Below, piece by piece: positions 46,761-54,886 of a stretch of DNA of 64,000 nucleotides (its first letter is position 1; each line of letters starts with the position of its first letter). A model generated the notes under the pieces. The model searched no databases, had not been told where the DNA came from, and saw only the letters and a program-made list of their open reading frames with translations. The stretch lies in the NCBI GenBank assembly GCA_046758365.1, contig JBHIAC010000001.1, positions 77,202-141,201 on the forward strand, given 5' to 3'. The DNA is from a bacterium (GTDB lineage Bacteria > Zhuqueibacterota > Zhuqueibacteria > Oceanimicrobiales > Oceanimicrobiaceae). The translations under genes and the position numbers were made by a program.

Positions 46761-48683
46761 ATGCACGACTATATCTGGTTAGTTCTACTTTTACCCTTAC
46801 TCGGTTTCCTCATCAATGGCTTGTTCGGCTATCGTTTGAAGGAAAAGCAAGTTGGCATCCTTGGGTCGGCTGTAGTGGGTCTGTCATTTCTCGTTTCCGC
46901 ATTTATATTTTTTAGCCTCTTAAACATTCCGGCAGAAGAACGTACCTTTACCAAAACCATCTACACTTGGATTAGCACCGGCTATTTTGAAGTTAATATT
47001 AGCTTTTTAGTCGATCCCCTGTCGGTGGTGATGATCTTGGTGGTCACTGGAGTCGGCTTTTTGATTCATGTCTACTCAATAGGCTATATGGCGGGCGACC
47101 GTGGATTTGCCCGCTATTTTGCCTTTCTTAATCTTTTTACCTTTTCCATGCTACTTCTGGTTTTAGCCGATAATTTTCTGTTGTTGTTCGTTGGATGGGA
47201 AGGGGTTGGCCTTTGCTCCTATTTACTCATTGGCTTCTGGTTTGAAGATGATTATAATGCCTATGCAGGAAGAAAGGCCTTTGTGGTCAATCGCGTTGGC
47301 GATTTTGGATTTCTGCTGGGACTTTTACTGATATTTTTTCATTTTGGGACCTTAGACTTTACTTCTGTTTTTAGTCAAGCTTCTACTGGTCTGCGCACTG
47401 GAATGGCCACCGTGATTGCACTTTTACTTTTTGTAGGCGCTACTGGAAAATCGGCACAGATTCCACTCTATGTTTGGCTTCCTGATGCCATGGCTGGCCC
47501 AACGCCGGTATCAGCCCTGATTCACGCAGCCACCATGGTGACGGCTGGAGTTTACATGGTGGCGAGGTGTCATGTGCTCTTTTTGCTATCACCTACGACC
47601 TTGACCATTGTAGCCGTGGTCGGTGCAGCAACCGCATTTTTAGCCGCCACCATCGCGTTGGTAAATCCGGATATTAAACGGGTGCTGGCCTATTCTACTA
47701 TCAGTCAAATAGGATACATGTTTTTAGCTTGTGGTGTTGGTGCATTTTGGGTTGGTATTTTTCACCTAAGCACCCATGCCTACTTTAAGGCTCTCCTCTT
47801 TTTAAGCGCTGGCAGTGTGATGCACGCTTTGAATGGTGAAACCGATATGAATAAAATGGGCGCACTCAAAGACAAACTTCCTTTAACTTACTTTGTATTT
47901 TTGATTGGTGCCTTAGCCCTGGCAGGGGTGCCCTTTCTCTCTGGCTTCTTTTCAAAGGATGAAATATTATGGAAAGTTGTCGGAGTAGGAAGCGACTACG
48001 GTGGTTTTGTATTTTGGCTGATGGGGGCTTTTGTGGCAGGACTCACAGCCTTTTATATTTTTAGACTAATATATTTAACTTTTTATGGTAAGTCCCGTGT
48101 TTCAGTAGAAGTGGCCCATCATATCCACGAGTCGCCGAAAATTATGACTATCCCCTTAGGCATTTTGGCGTTTTTATCAGTGACAGGTGGATTCATTGGT
48201 ATTCCTCACGTTTTTAATAAATTTGAGCATTTTCTCGAACCAGTTTTTTTGCGTTATGAAACCAAAGGCATAGTCCATGCGACTCCAGCTCCTTTGGATC
48301 TGGAATTGAGTTTCATGGGTATTTCAATACTCATCGCTTTCTTGGGAATTGGCTTTGCTTATCTTTTTTATGTTAAAAGGCCAAACCTTCCAGTTGAATT
48401 GTCTAATAAAGTCAAGGGCCTGTATGCTTTCTTATACAAAAAATGGTACATGGATGAACTATATGAGGCTGTAGTAGTCCGTCCTATTAAATTCACAGCG
48501 GACATTATTTTCTGGCGCTGGTTTGATGTAAAAATCATTGATGGTCTGGTTAATGGGGTTGCTAATTTGATAAAGAAAGGGGGCGATGGAGTGCGTCGAA
48601 CTGAAACAGGGGTCGTTCAAAATTACGCTCTCTCTATTGTGATTGGCGTGGTGCTATTAATTGGTTATTTTCTATTAAGATAA
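46761..48683 (+). CDS. nuoL: NADH-quinone oxidoreductase subunit L
   Basis: 640 aa antiporter-like subunit. GWEGVGLCSYLLIGFW, GKSAQIPLYVWLPDAMAGPTPVSALIHAATMVTAGVY. Confidence 0.9.
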   Translation: MHDYIWLVLLLPLLGFLINGLFGYRLKEKQVGILGSAVVGLSFLVSAFIFFSLLNIPAEERTFTKTIYTWISTGYFEVNISFLVDPLSVVMILVVTGVGFLIHVYSIGYMAGDRGFARYFAFLNLFTFSMLLLVLADNFLLLFVGWEGVGLCSYLLIGFWFEDDYNAYAGRKAFVVNRVGDFGFLLGLLLIFFHFGTLDFTSVFSQASTGLRTGMATVIALLLFVGATGKSAQIPLYVWLPDAMAGPTPVSALIHAATMVTAGVYMVARCHVLFLLSPTTLTIVAVVGAATAFLAATIALVNPDIKRVLAYSTISQIGYMFLACGVGAFWVGIFHLSTHAYFKALLFLSAGSVMHALNGETDMNKMGALKDKLPLTYFVFLIGALALAGVPFLSGFFSKDEILWKVVGVGSDYGGFVFWLMGAFVAGLTAFYIFRLIYLTFYGKSRVSVEVAHHIHESPKIMTIPLGILAFLSVTGGFIGIPHVFNKFEHFLEPVFLRYETKGIVHATPAPLDLELSFMGISILIAFLGIGFAYLFYVKRPNLPVELSNKVKGLYAFLYKKWYMDELYEAVVVRPIKFTADIIFWRWFDVKIIDGLVNGVANLIKKGGDGVRRTETGVVQNYALSIVIGVVLLIGYFLLR

Positions 48684-48691
48684 AATTAAAT

Positions 48692-48746
48692 GATTATACC
48701 CTTACTCGGCTAAACTCCCTATTGTTGTTATTTTTAAGGTATAATC
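48692..48746. repeat. Hairpin-forming inverted repeat in the nuoL-nuoM spacer
   Basis: GATTATACCCTTA (48692-48704) faces TAAGGTATAATC (48735-48746). That gives 12 bp with one bulged C and a 30-nt loop. Confidence 0.6.
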
Positions 48747-48762
48747 TTATAAGTTATTCAAT

Positions 48763-50328
48763 ATGACTTTTCCAATTTTAACAATTATAACATTTTTTCC
48801 ACTTTTTGGGACTTTTGTTTTACTTTTTATAAAAAATGAGAAGTTAGAAACAATTAGGGTGGTAACTTTTATATCGACGCTCATTGTTTTTGTAATTTCG
48901 TTACCCCTCTATTTTGAATTTGATAGCAAAACCGGAATGCAGTTTGAAGAATTCATCTCTTGGATTCCTGCCCTTGGTGTAAATTATCATTTGGGCATTG
49001 ATGGTATTAGCCTCTATATGGTTTTGCTTACCACATTCTTGACTCCTATCGTGGTCCTCGCTTCGTGGAAAGGTGTAACAAAAAATGTTAAAGGTTTTAT
49101 GATTTCCATGCTGATTTTGGAGACGGGCATCCTTGGCGTGTTTGTGTCTCTGGACCTCTTTCTTTTTTACGTGTTTTGGGAAGCCATGCTGATTCCCATG
49201 TATTTTATTATTGGTATTTGGGGAGGAGAAAATCGAATTTATGCAGCCATAAAGTTTTTCATTTACACCATGGTTGGCAGCCTTTTGATGTTGGTGGCTA
49301 TTTTGGTTATCTATTTTTATCATGGAGGATTAACAGGAAATTATACATTTGACCTTTTAAGACTGCAACAAATAAACTTCCCATTAAGTTATCAGACCTG
49401 GCTTTTCTTAGCTTTTGGGTTGAGCTTTGCCATCAAAGTACCTATATTTCCATTTCATACCTGGCTGCCAGATGCTCACGTTGAGGCTCCTACCGCAGGA
49501 AGCGTAATATTAGCAGGAGTGCTTTTGAAAATGGGAACATACGGGTTTTTGAGGTTTTGTTTACCTATGTTCCCACAGGCAACCGCTCAATTTACTCCAC
49601 TGATTTTTGTTCTGGGTGTAATAGGCATCATTTACGGTGCGTTAGTTGCTATGGTTCAGCCTGACCTGAAAAAGTTGGTAGCTTATTCCAGCGTCAGCCA
49701 CCTGGGTTTTGTCATGCTTGGTATTTTTGCTCTTAACAACCAAGGTATTCAGGGCGGGTTAATACAAATGGTGAATCATGGGCTTTCTACTGGCGCCCTC
49801 TTTTTGATTGTTGGCATGATTTACGAACGGCGGCATACGCGTTTAATTAAGGATTTCGGCGGATTAGCTAAGCAGATTCCAATTTTTACTACCTTTTTTA
49901 TGATAGTAACATTATCTTCGATAGGACTTCCTGGATTAAACGGTTTTATTGGTGAATTCTTAATTCTTCTCGGAACATTTTTAAGCAGCAAACTCTTCGC
50001 CATATTGGCCGCTACTGGAGTCATTTTAGCCGCCGTTTACATGCTCTGGATGTTTCAACGAGTCATGTTTGGAAAATTGGATAAAGAAGAAAACCAACAC
50101 CTATTAGACCTTTCTAAGAGAGAAATAGCGGTGCTGGTTCCCATTGTTATTTTTATTGTTTTGATTGGTGTCTATCCTAATGCATTCTTAAAAAAAATGG
50201 AACCCACGGTTGATCATTTAATTGAGACTGTACAATCCAAGCAAGCTTTGGTTTTAGAATATGAAAAATCTTTTTCTGCCCAAACCCAAAGTCTCTTAAT
50301 GGACCCAGAGGTCACAAAGAAGCACTGA
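48763..50328 (+). CDS. nuoM: NADH-quinone oxidoreductase subunit M
   Basis: [40 protein letters not shown]. Confidence 0.9.
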   Translation: MTFPILTIITFFPLFGTFVLLFIKNEKLETIRVVTFISTLIVFVISLPLYFEFDSKTGMQFEEFISWIPALGVNYHLGIDGISLYMVLLTTFLTPIVVLASWKGVTKNVKGFMISMLILETGILGVFVSLDLFLFYVFWEAMLIPMYFIIGIWGGENRIYAAIKFFIYTMVGSLLMLVAILVIYFYHGGLTGNYTFDLLRLQQINFPLSYQTWLFLAFGLSFAIKVPIFPFHTWLPDAHVEAPTAGSVILAGVLLKMGTYGFLRFCLPMFPQATAQFTPLIFVLGVIGIIYGALVAMVQPDLKKLVAYSSVSHLGFVMLGIFALNNQGIQGGLIQMVNHGLSTGALFLIVGMIYERRHTRLIKDFGGLAKQIPIFTTFFMIVTLSSIGLPGLNGFIGEFLILLGTFLSSKLFAILAATGVILAAVYMLWMFQRVMFGKLDKEENQHLLDLSKREIAVLVPIVIFIVLIGVYPNAFLKKMEPTVDHLIETVQSKQALVLEYEKSFSAQTQSLLMDPEVTKKH

Positions 50329-50414
50329 GCACACTGAGATAGTTAAACTTAATGAAAATTGTAGTAGAAACTAAAACTCAGTGTGGGCTCTGGGTAATCT
50401 TTGAGTTCTCTGTG
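50303..50414. repeat. Imperfect inverted repeat spanning the nuoM stop codon
   Basis: CACACTGAG (50330-50338) pairs with CTCAGTGTG (50377-50385) perfectly. Outer partial pairs are CACAAAGAA (50313-50321)/TTCTCTGTG (50406-50414), or ACCCAGAG (50303-50310)/CTCTGGGT (50388-50395). Confidence 0.6.
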
Positions 50415-50451
50415 TCCAATGTAATGGAGTTAATAAAATTTTAAGAACTAT

Positions 50452-51909
50452 ATGAATGAGATTTCACTGACTTCAATTAACCTTTTCGTAGTTTCTCCAG
50501 CCATCGCCCTAACACTTACTGGATTTCTGATTATTGCGTTCGGATTACTGTTTCCAAAAATATTTCGTAGGGGTATTTTGAGCATTGCGCTTATTGGTTT
50601 AGCCGTGTCCTTCCTATTTACCTTCAAACTCTGGGACAGCTACCAACTTGCTTTTGGAGGCCTGGTTACGGCAGATAATTTTACCTTAATTTTTAACTGT
50701 ATTTTCCTTATAGGTGCAGGTCTCAGTTTGCTCCTTGCTTTTAATGAACATGAAGGTCATTATTTGCTTTATCCTGAATTTTTTGCTATTGTCTTGTTTG
50801 CCACGGTTGGTATGATATTTATGGCGGCGGGAACCAATCTTTTAACGATTTTTCTGGGATTGGAGACTCTTTCCATTTCACTTTATATTTTAGCAGGATT
50901 TAAAAGAACTGAATCTAAGTCTCTGGAAGCAGCTTTTAAATATTTTCTTTTAGGCGCCTTTGCAAGTGCGTTTTTACTCTATGGAATCGCTCTAATCTTT
51001 GGTGCCACCGAAACTCTTGATCTGCGTAAAATAGCGGGCTTTGCCGCTACCAACTCCGTTTTCAATGATCCTTTTATGATACTGGGTGGAATACTTGTGA
51101 TTGTTGGGTTTGGATTTAAGGTGGCTATGTTTCCTTTTCATATGTGGGCTCCCGATGTTTATCAAGGCGCGCCGACACCCATTACTGCGTTTATGTCTAC
51201 GGGTTCCAAGGCGGCAGGATTTGCGGCCATGCTTCGAGTTCTTTCAGCGGCTACCAATGGAACCGTGACCGATTGGGTGCATATCCTTTGGGTGACCGCG
51301 GTCATCACTATGTTTGTTGGCAATATTGCGGCTCTTGTTCAATCAAACCTAAAACGAATGTTGGCCTATTCCTCTATTGCCCATGCAGGTTACATTCTAG
51401 TAGGAATGGTCGCTTGGAATGAAGTAGGAAAATCAAGTGTTATTTTTTATCTGCTTGCCTATACTTTTATGAACATCGGTGCGTTTGGTGTGATTTCTTT
51501 TTTAAGCACCAAAGAAAAAGAGCTTTTGGAACTCAACGATTTTAAAGGATTGGGTTATCACCGGCCTCTCATCGCCGTGGTTATGGCGATCTTTATGTTT
51601 TCTTTGGCTGGTCTTCCACCAACGGCGGGATTTATGGGCAAATTTTACTTATTTAGTGCCGCGGTCAAGGCCGGTCATATTCCACTTGTAGTAATCGCGG
51701 TCATTAATTCCATGATTTCTCTATACTATTATTTGGGGATCGTAGTGGTTATGTTTATGAAAGATGCCGAAAGTAAGATGGCACCTAAGGTTACACTGCC
51801 AGCGGTTTCGTTTAGTTTATTATTAGCGGTTGTTGGAACCTTGAGCTTAGGTCTCTTCCCTTCCCGATGGATGGAAACTTTTCAACGACTGGTTGGCCAA
51901 ATGATGTAA
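50452..51909 (+). CDS. nuoN: NADH-quinone oxidoreductase subunit N
   Basis: GFKVAMFPFHMWAPDVYQGAPTPITAFMSTGSKAAGF, YSSIAHAGYIL. Confidence 0.9.
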   Translation: MNEISLTSINLFVVSPAIALTLTGFLIIAFGLLFPKIFRRGILSIALIGLAVSFLFTFKLWDSYQLAFGGLVTADNFTLIFNCIFLIGAGLSLLLAFNEHEGHYLLYPEFFAIVLFATVGMIFMAAGTNLLTIFLGLETLSISLYILAGFKRTESKSLEAAFKYFLLGAFASAFLLYGIALIFGATETLDLRKIAGFAATNSVFNDPFMILGGILVIVGFGFKVAMFPFHMWAPDVYQGAPTPITAFMSTGSKAAGFAAMLRVLSAATNGTVTDWVHILWVTAVITMFVGNIAALVQSNLKRMLAYSSIAHAGYILVGMVAWNEVGKSSVIFYLLAYTFMNIGAFGVISFLSTKEKELLELNDFKGLGYHRPLIAVVMAIFMFSLAGLPPTAGFMGKFYLFSAAVKAGHIPLVVIAVINSMISLYYYLGIVVVMFMKDAESKMAPKVTLPAVSFSLLLAVVGTLSLGLFPSRWMETFQRLVGQMM

Positions 51910-51949
51910 TGAAATGGGAAATGGAAGGATGAAAAGTCATAATTACTTT

Positions 51950-52034
51950 AATGACCAAAATTCAAAATTCTAAAAGAGAAGATATTTTTATCTATCATTG
52001 AAAAATCAAAATAGAGTTGGTTATTTGGTCATTG
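51950..52034. repeat. Inverted repeat downstream of nuoN sharing the AATGACCAAAAT core
   Basis: AATGACCAAA (51950-51959) faces TTTGGTCATT (52025-52034). The core AATGACCAAAATTCAAAATTCTAAA matches the carA-carB element at 22 of 25 nt. A TTTGTGATTTGGAATTTGAGATTTGTGATTT word run follows. Confidence 0.75.
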
Positions 52035-52097
52035 GATGTTGGCATTTATTTGTGATTTGGAATTTGAGATTTGTGATTTAAAATTTTTGTCCAAGGA

Positions 52098-53036
52098 ATG
52101 AAAAAAGTCATGAGCGGGAATTACCTTGAAATTTTAGAATCCGTTAAAAATGACCGAACTTCTGGTGCGTGGGTAGTGGCCCGAAAAGCTATACAGTGTT
52201 TGGAGGCATTAGCCAAAGAGAAATCTGCTGCCGATGTGAAGGAATTAGTAGGTGAGGTTGAGAGAGTAGCCCGTGAAATTTTACAAGCTCAACCCGGAAT
52301 GGCACAATTAACTAATCTTTTTAACGCCATATTTTTTACTATTGAAAATGAAACTTCGGACAAAGCGCTTATTTGGTCAAGAAAGATTTCAGGGGAGGTC
52401 ATTCGATTTAATGAATTTTCACGAAATGCTGTCACTAAGGTGGCGGAGTACGGGGCGAAATTAATCACGCAGGACTCGGTGGTACTGACCCACAGCAACA
52501 GCAGTACTATTTTAGAAATCTTTAAAAAAGCCCATGCAGAAGATAAATCTTTTCAAGTGATAATTACTGAATCACGACCAGTATGTGAGGGAAGGGAGCG
52601 GGCAATAGAACTTTCTAAATTGGGAATTCAATCTCTATATCTAATTGATGCTGCGATAGGAGTGGGAGTTGAACGTGCTGACATCGTGTTGTTGGGTGCG
52701 GACAGTTTAACGGAAAATTCACTGGTAAATAAAATCGGTACCAAAGCCATTTGTTTACTTTCTCGTGAGGCCGTTATTCCATGCTACACAGCCTGTGAAT
52801 CCAGCAAATTTACGCCTCAAAAACTTAGTCCTAAAAAGGAGCAACCGAGAGACCCAAAAGAAGTTTGGGATCATCCTCCGTCGGAAACTTCAATTGAAAA
52901 TTACTACTTTGACGAAGTTCCTTTAGAGCTCTTTACAGGAATAATTACTGAAGAAGGCATATTGACACCAACAGAAATTGGTGGTAAGATCAGATCGCGG
53001 AAAATGAGCCCTAAGCTGATTGAGTTGTTGAAATAA
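52098..53036 (+). CDS. eIF-2B alpha/beta/delta-like family protein (ribose-1,5-bisphosphate / MTR-1-P isomerase superfamily)
   Basis: 312 aa. VLTHSNSSTILEIFKKA, QVIITESRPVCEGRE.A.EL...GI, ADIVLLGADSL..NSLVNKIGT are the family blocks. Confidence 0.7.
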   Translation: MKKVMSGNYLEILESVKNDRTSGAWVVARKAIQCLEALAKEKSAADVKELVGEVERVAREILQAQPGMAQLTNLFNAIFFTIENETSDKALIWSRKISGEVIRFNEFSRNAVTKVAEYGAKLITQDSVVLTHSNSSTILEIFKKAHAEDKSFQVIITESRPVCEGRERAIELSKLGIQSLYLIDAAIGVGVERADIVLLGADSLTENSLVNKIGTKAICLLSREAVIPCYTACESSKFTPQKLSPKKEQPRDPKEVWDHPPSETSIENYYFDEVPLELFTGIITEEGILTPTEIGGKIRSRKMSPKLIELLK

Positions 53037-53049
53037 TAGGAGTTCTTGA

Positions 53050-54543
53050 ATGGAAATAAAATACAAGAAAACAGTTTTGGAAAATGAAAAATGCAATGCC
53101 TTGGTTTTAGGAATCCAGAAAGATGAGTCTGAATTAGTAATATCTGGTAATGCTCGCTTAAAAAAAGTTTGTGACAACTTTCTAACCACTAAAGACTTTA
53201 GAGGTAAATTAAATGAGACCACTTTGCTTTATACGCAGGAATCGTTAGCAGCCAGACGAATTCTTTTCGTGGGATTAGGAGAAGTTGAGCAATACACTTT
53301 AGAAAGGCTACGTCAGGCCGTAGGGACCGCTGCTAAGACTTTGATGCAGTTGGGTCTTAAACAATTTGCGTTGGCTATTGAATCTTTTCTGCCTGAAAAA
53401 TCCAAAACTGATGAAGCCACGCAAGCCGCTACTGAAGGTGTAGTATTAGCTATTTATCAATATACCAAATTTAAAGAAGTGCAACCAGAAGATGAAATTT
53501 CTGTGGAAGAAGTCACCTATATTTTTGAGTCGCCAAATATAATCAAGGGGGTGCAAGAAGGAATTCATCGAGGCAAAATTGTAGCGGAGGCTGTCAACTT
53601 TACTAGGGATTTACAAAATCACCCGGGAAATTGGGTAACACCGACGCGACTGGCAGAAATTGCACAGGATATGGCACAAGCGGTTAGTTTGAAATGCCAG
53701 ATTTTAGATAAGCCCGATATGGAAAAATTAGGGATGGGCGCTCTATTAGGGGTGGCCAAGGGCAGTCAGGAACCACCGAAATTTATTATTTTAGAACACA
53801 ATTCTGCTAAACCAGAACTAGAGACCATGGTTTTTGTGGGAAAAGGAATTACCTTTGACAGTGGGGGGATTTCCATAAAACCTAGTGACAAAATGGATGA
53901 GATGAAATTCGACATGTCCGGGGGTGCAGCGATTATTGGTGCTATGAAAGCCATTGCTCAACTGGATATTCCTCTTCATGTGGTGGGCCTGATTCCAGCG
54001 ACAGAAAATCTCCCCAGTGGTACTTCCATGAAACCAGGAGATATTTTGCAGGCCAGTTCAGGAACCACCATCGAAATTGTAAATACCGACGCTGAGGGTC
54101 GATTAATTTTGGCAGATGCTTTAGTTTATGCCAAACAATATCATCCTCAAGCTGTGGTGGATTTGGCTACTTTAACTGGCGCCTGTGTCGTGGCATTAGG
54201 ACATTATGCCACCGGTCTGTTGGGCAAAGATACAAAGCTGCTCAATCGTCTAAAACAGGCCGGTGAAAAAACCGGTGAGCGTCTTTGGGAACTGCCTCTC
54301 TGGGACGAATACAGCGAAGACATTAAAAGCGATTATGCCGATGTGAAGAATTCTGCGGGACGTTGGGGAGGAGCCATCACCGCGGCCACTTTTTTAGCTA
54401 AGTTCGTTGAGGGGTATTCATGGGCTCATTTAGATATTGCCGGAACCGCCTGGACCGACAAAGACAAGCCTTACATTCCTAAAGGAGGTACAGGTGTGGG
54501 GGTTCGACTTATCGTGCAGTTTTTAAGGGATTTAGTAGAGTAG
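53050..54543 (+). CDS. pepA: Leucyl aminopeptidase (M17)
   Basis: VGKGITFDSGGISIKP, MKFDMSGGAA, NTDAEGRLILADAL, DLATLTGA. Confidence 0.9.
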   Translation: MEIKYKKTVLENEKCNALVLGIQKDESELVISGNARLKKVCDNFLTTKDFRGKLNETTLLYTQESLAARRILFVGLGEVEQYTLERLRQAVGTAAKTLMQLGLKQFALAIESFLPEKSKTDEATQAATEGVVLAIYQYTKFKEVQPEDEISVEEVTYIFESPNIIKGVQEGIHRGKIVAEAVNFTRDLQNHPGNWVTPTRLAEIAQDMAQAVSLKCQILDKPDMEKLGMGALLGVAKGSQEPPKFIILEHNSAKPELETMVFVGKGITFDSGGISIKPSDKMDEMKFDMSGGAAIIGAMKAIAQLDIPLHVVGLIPATENLPSGTSMKPGDILQASSGTTIEIVNTDAEGRLILADALVYAKQYHPQAVVDLATLTGACVVALGHYATGLLGKDTKLLNRLKQAGEKTGERLWELPLWDEYSEDIKSDYADVKNSAGRWGGAITAATFLAKFVEGYSWAHLDIAGTAWTDKDKPYIPKGGTGVGVRLIVQFLRDLVE

Positions 54544-54561
54544 AAGTAAATTTTGAGAATT

Positions 54562-54577
54562 TATATATATATATATA
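54562..54577. repeat. (TA)8 dinucleotide microsatellite
   Basis: TATATATATATATATA lies directly after the pepA stop. Confidence 0.9.
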
Positions 54578-54587
54578 CAATTAAGTT

Positions 54588-54608
54588 TCGGAAAATCTGT
54601 TTTTCCGA
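54588..54608 (+). terminator. Intrinsic terminator candidate after pepA
   Basis: TCGGAAAA (54588-54595)/TTTTCCGA (54601-54608) with a 5-nt loop, followed by TCTTTAATTTTTT. Confidence 0.55.
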
Positions 54609-54628
54609 TCTTTAATTTTTTATCCATA

Positions 54629-54748
54629 ATTATTAATGACGTAGGTGTAAAAAAGGTTGCTTGTTAAAAATCTGAAGTTGTAAATATTGAAATTACGATT
54701 GCTTAAAGTTAATATTATCCTGTTTTTGCACCAACGTCATTAATAATA
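54629..54748. repeat. Long-range inverted repeat in the pepA-ffh spacer
   Basis: ATTATTAATGACGTAGGTG (54629-54647) faces CACCAACGTCATTAATAAT (54730-54748). The arms are complementary except for one unpaired base, and the interior is ~82 nt and AT-rich. Confidence 0.7.
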
Positions 54749-54834
54749 AAAATAATTTTAAAAATTTCTTGCAATTGGCACGATTATTTGTTATATTTTT
54801 CAGCTTAAAATAATAAAATATATTAATTCTATTA

Positions 54835-54867
54835 AGAAATTCACAGAAATTTTCTGTGAATTTCTTT
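54835..54867. promoter_or_regulatory. Perfect 33-nt palindrome 20 nt upstream of ffh
   Basis: AAGAAATTCACAGAAA-T-TTTCTGTGAATTTCTT has 16-nt arms that are exact reverse complements around a single central T. Confidence 0.6.
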
Positions 54868-54886
54868 TATCAAATCATTCGTAAAT

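Noticed and set aside
48901-49323. 140-aa - strand ORF inside nuoM. Similar antisense or alternate-frame ORFs occur at 10017-10391, 19749-20078, 39965-40306, 51144-51422 and 52923-53222.
   Set aside because: All lie wholly within strongly supported conserved genes and have no recognisable domains. They are typical shadow ORFs.
54776-54791. TGGCACGattaTTTGT upstream of ffh as a third sigma-54 promoter.
   Set aside because: The -24 element is good, but the -12 position reads TG rather than GC (one-nucleotide register shift). Sigma-54 control of ffh would also be unexpected. It is kept only as a possible start of a short transcript ending at the 54835-54867 palindrome.
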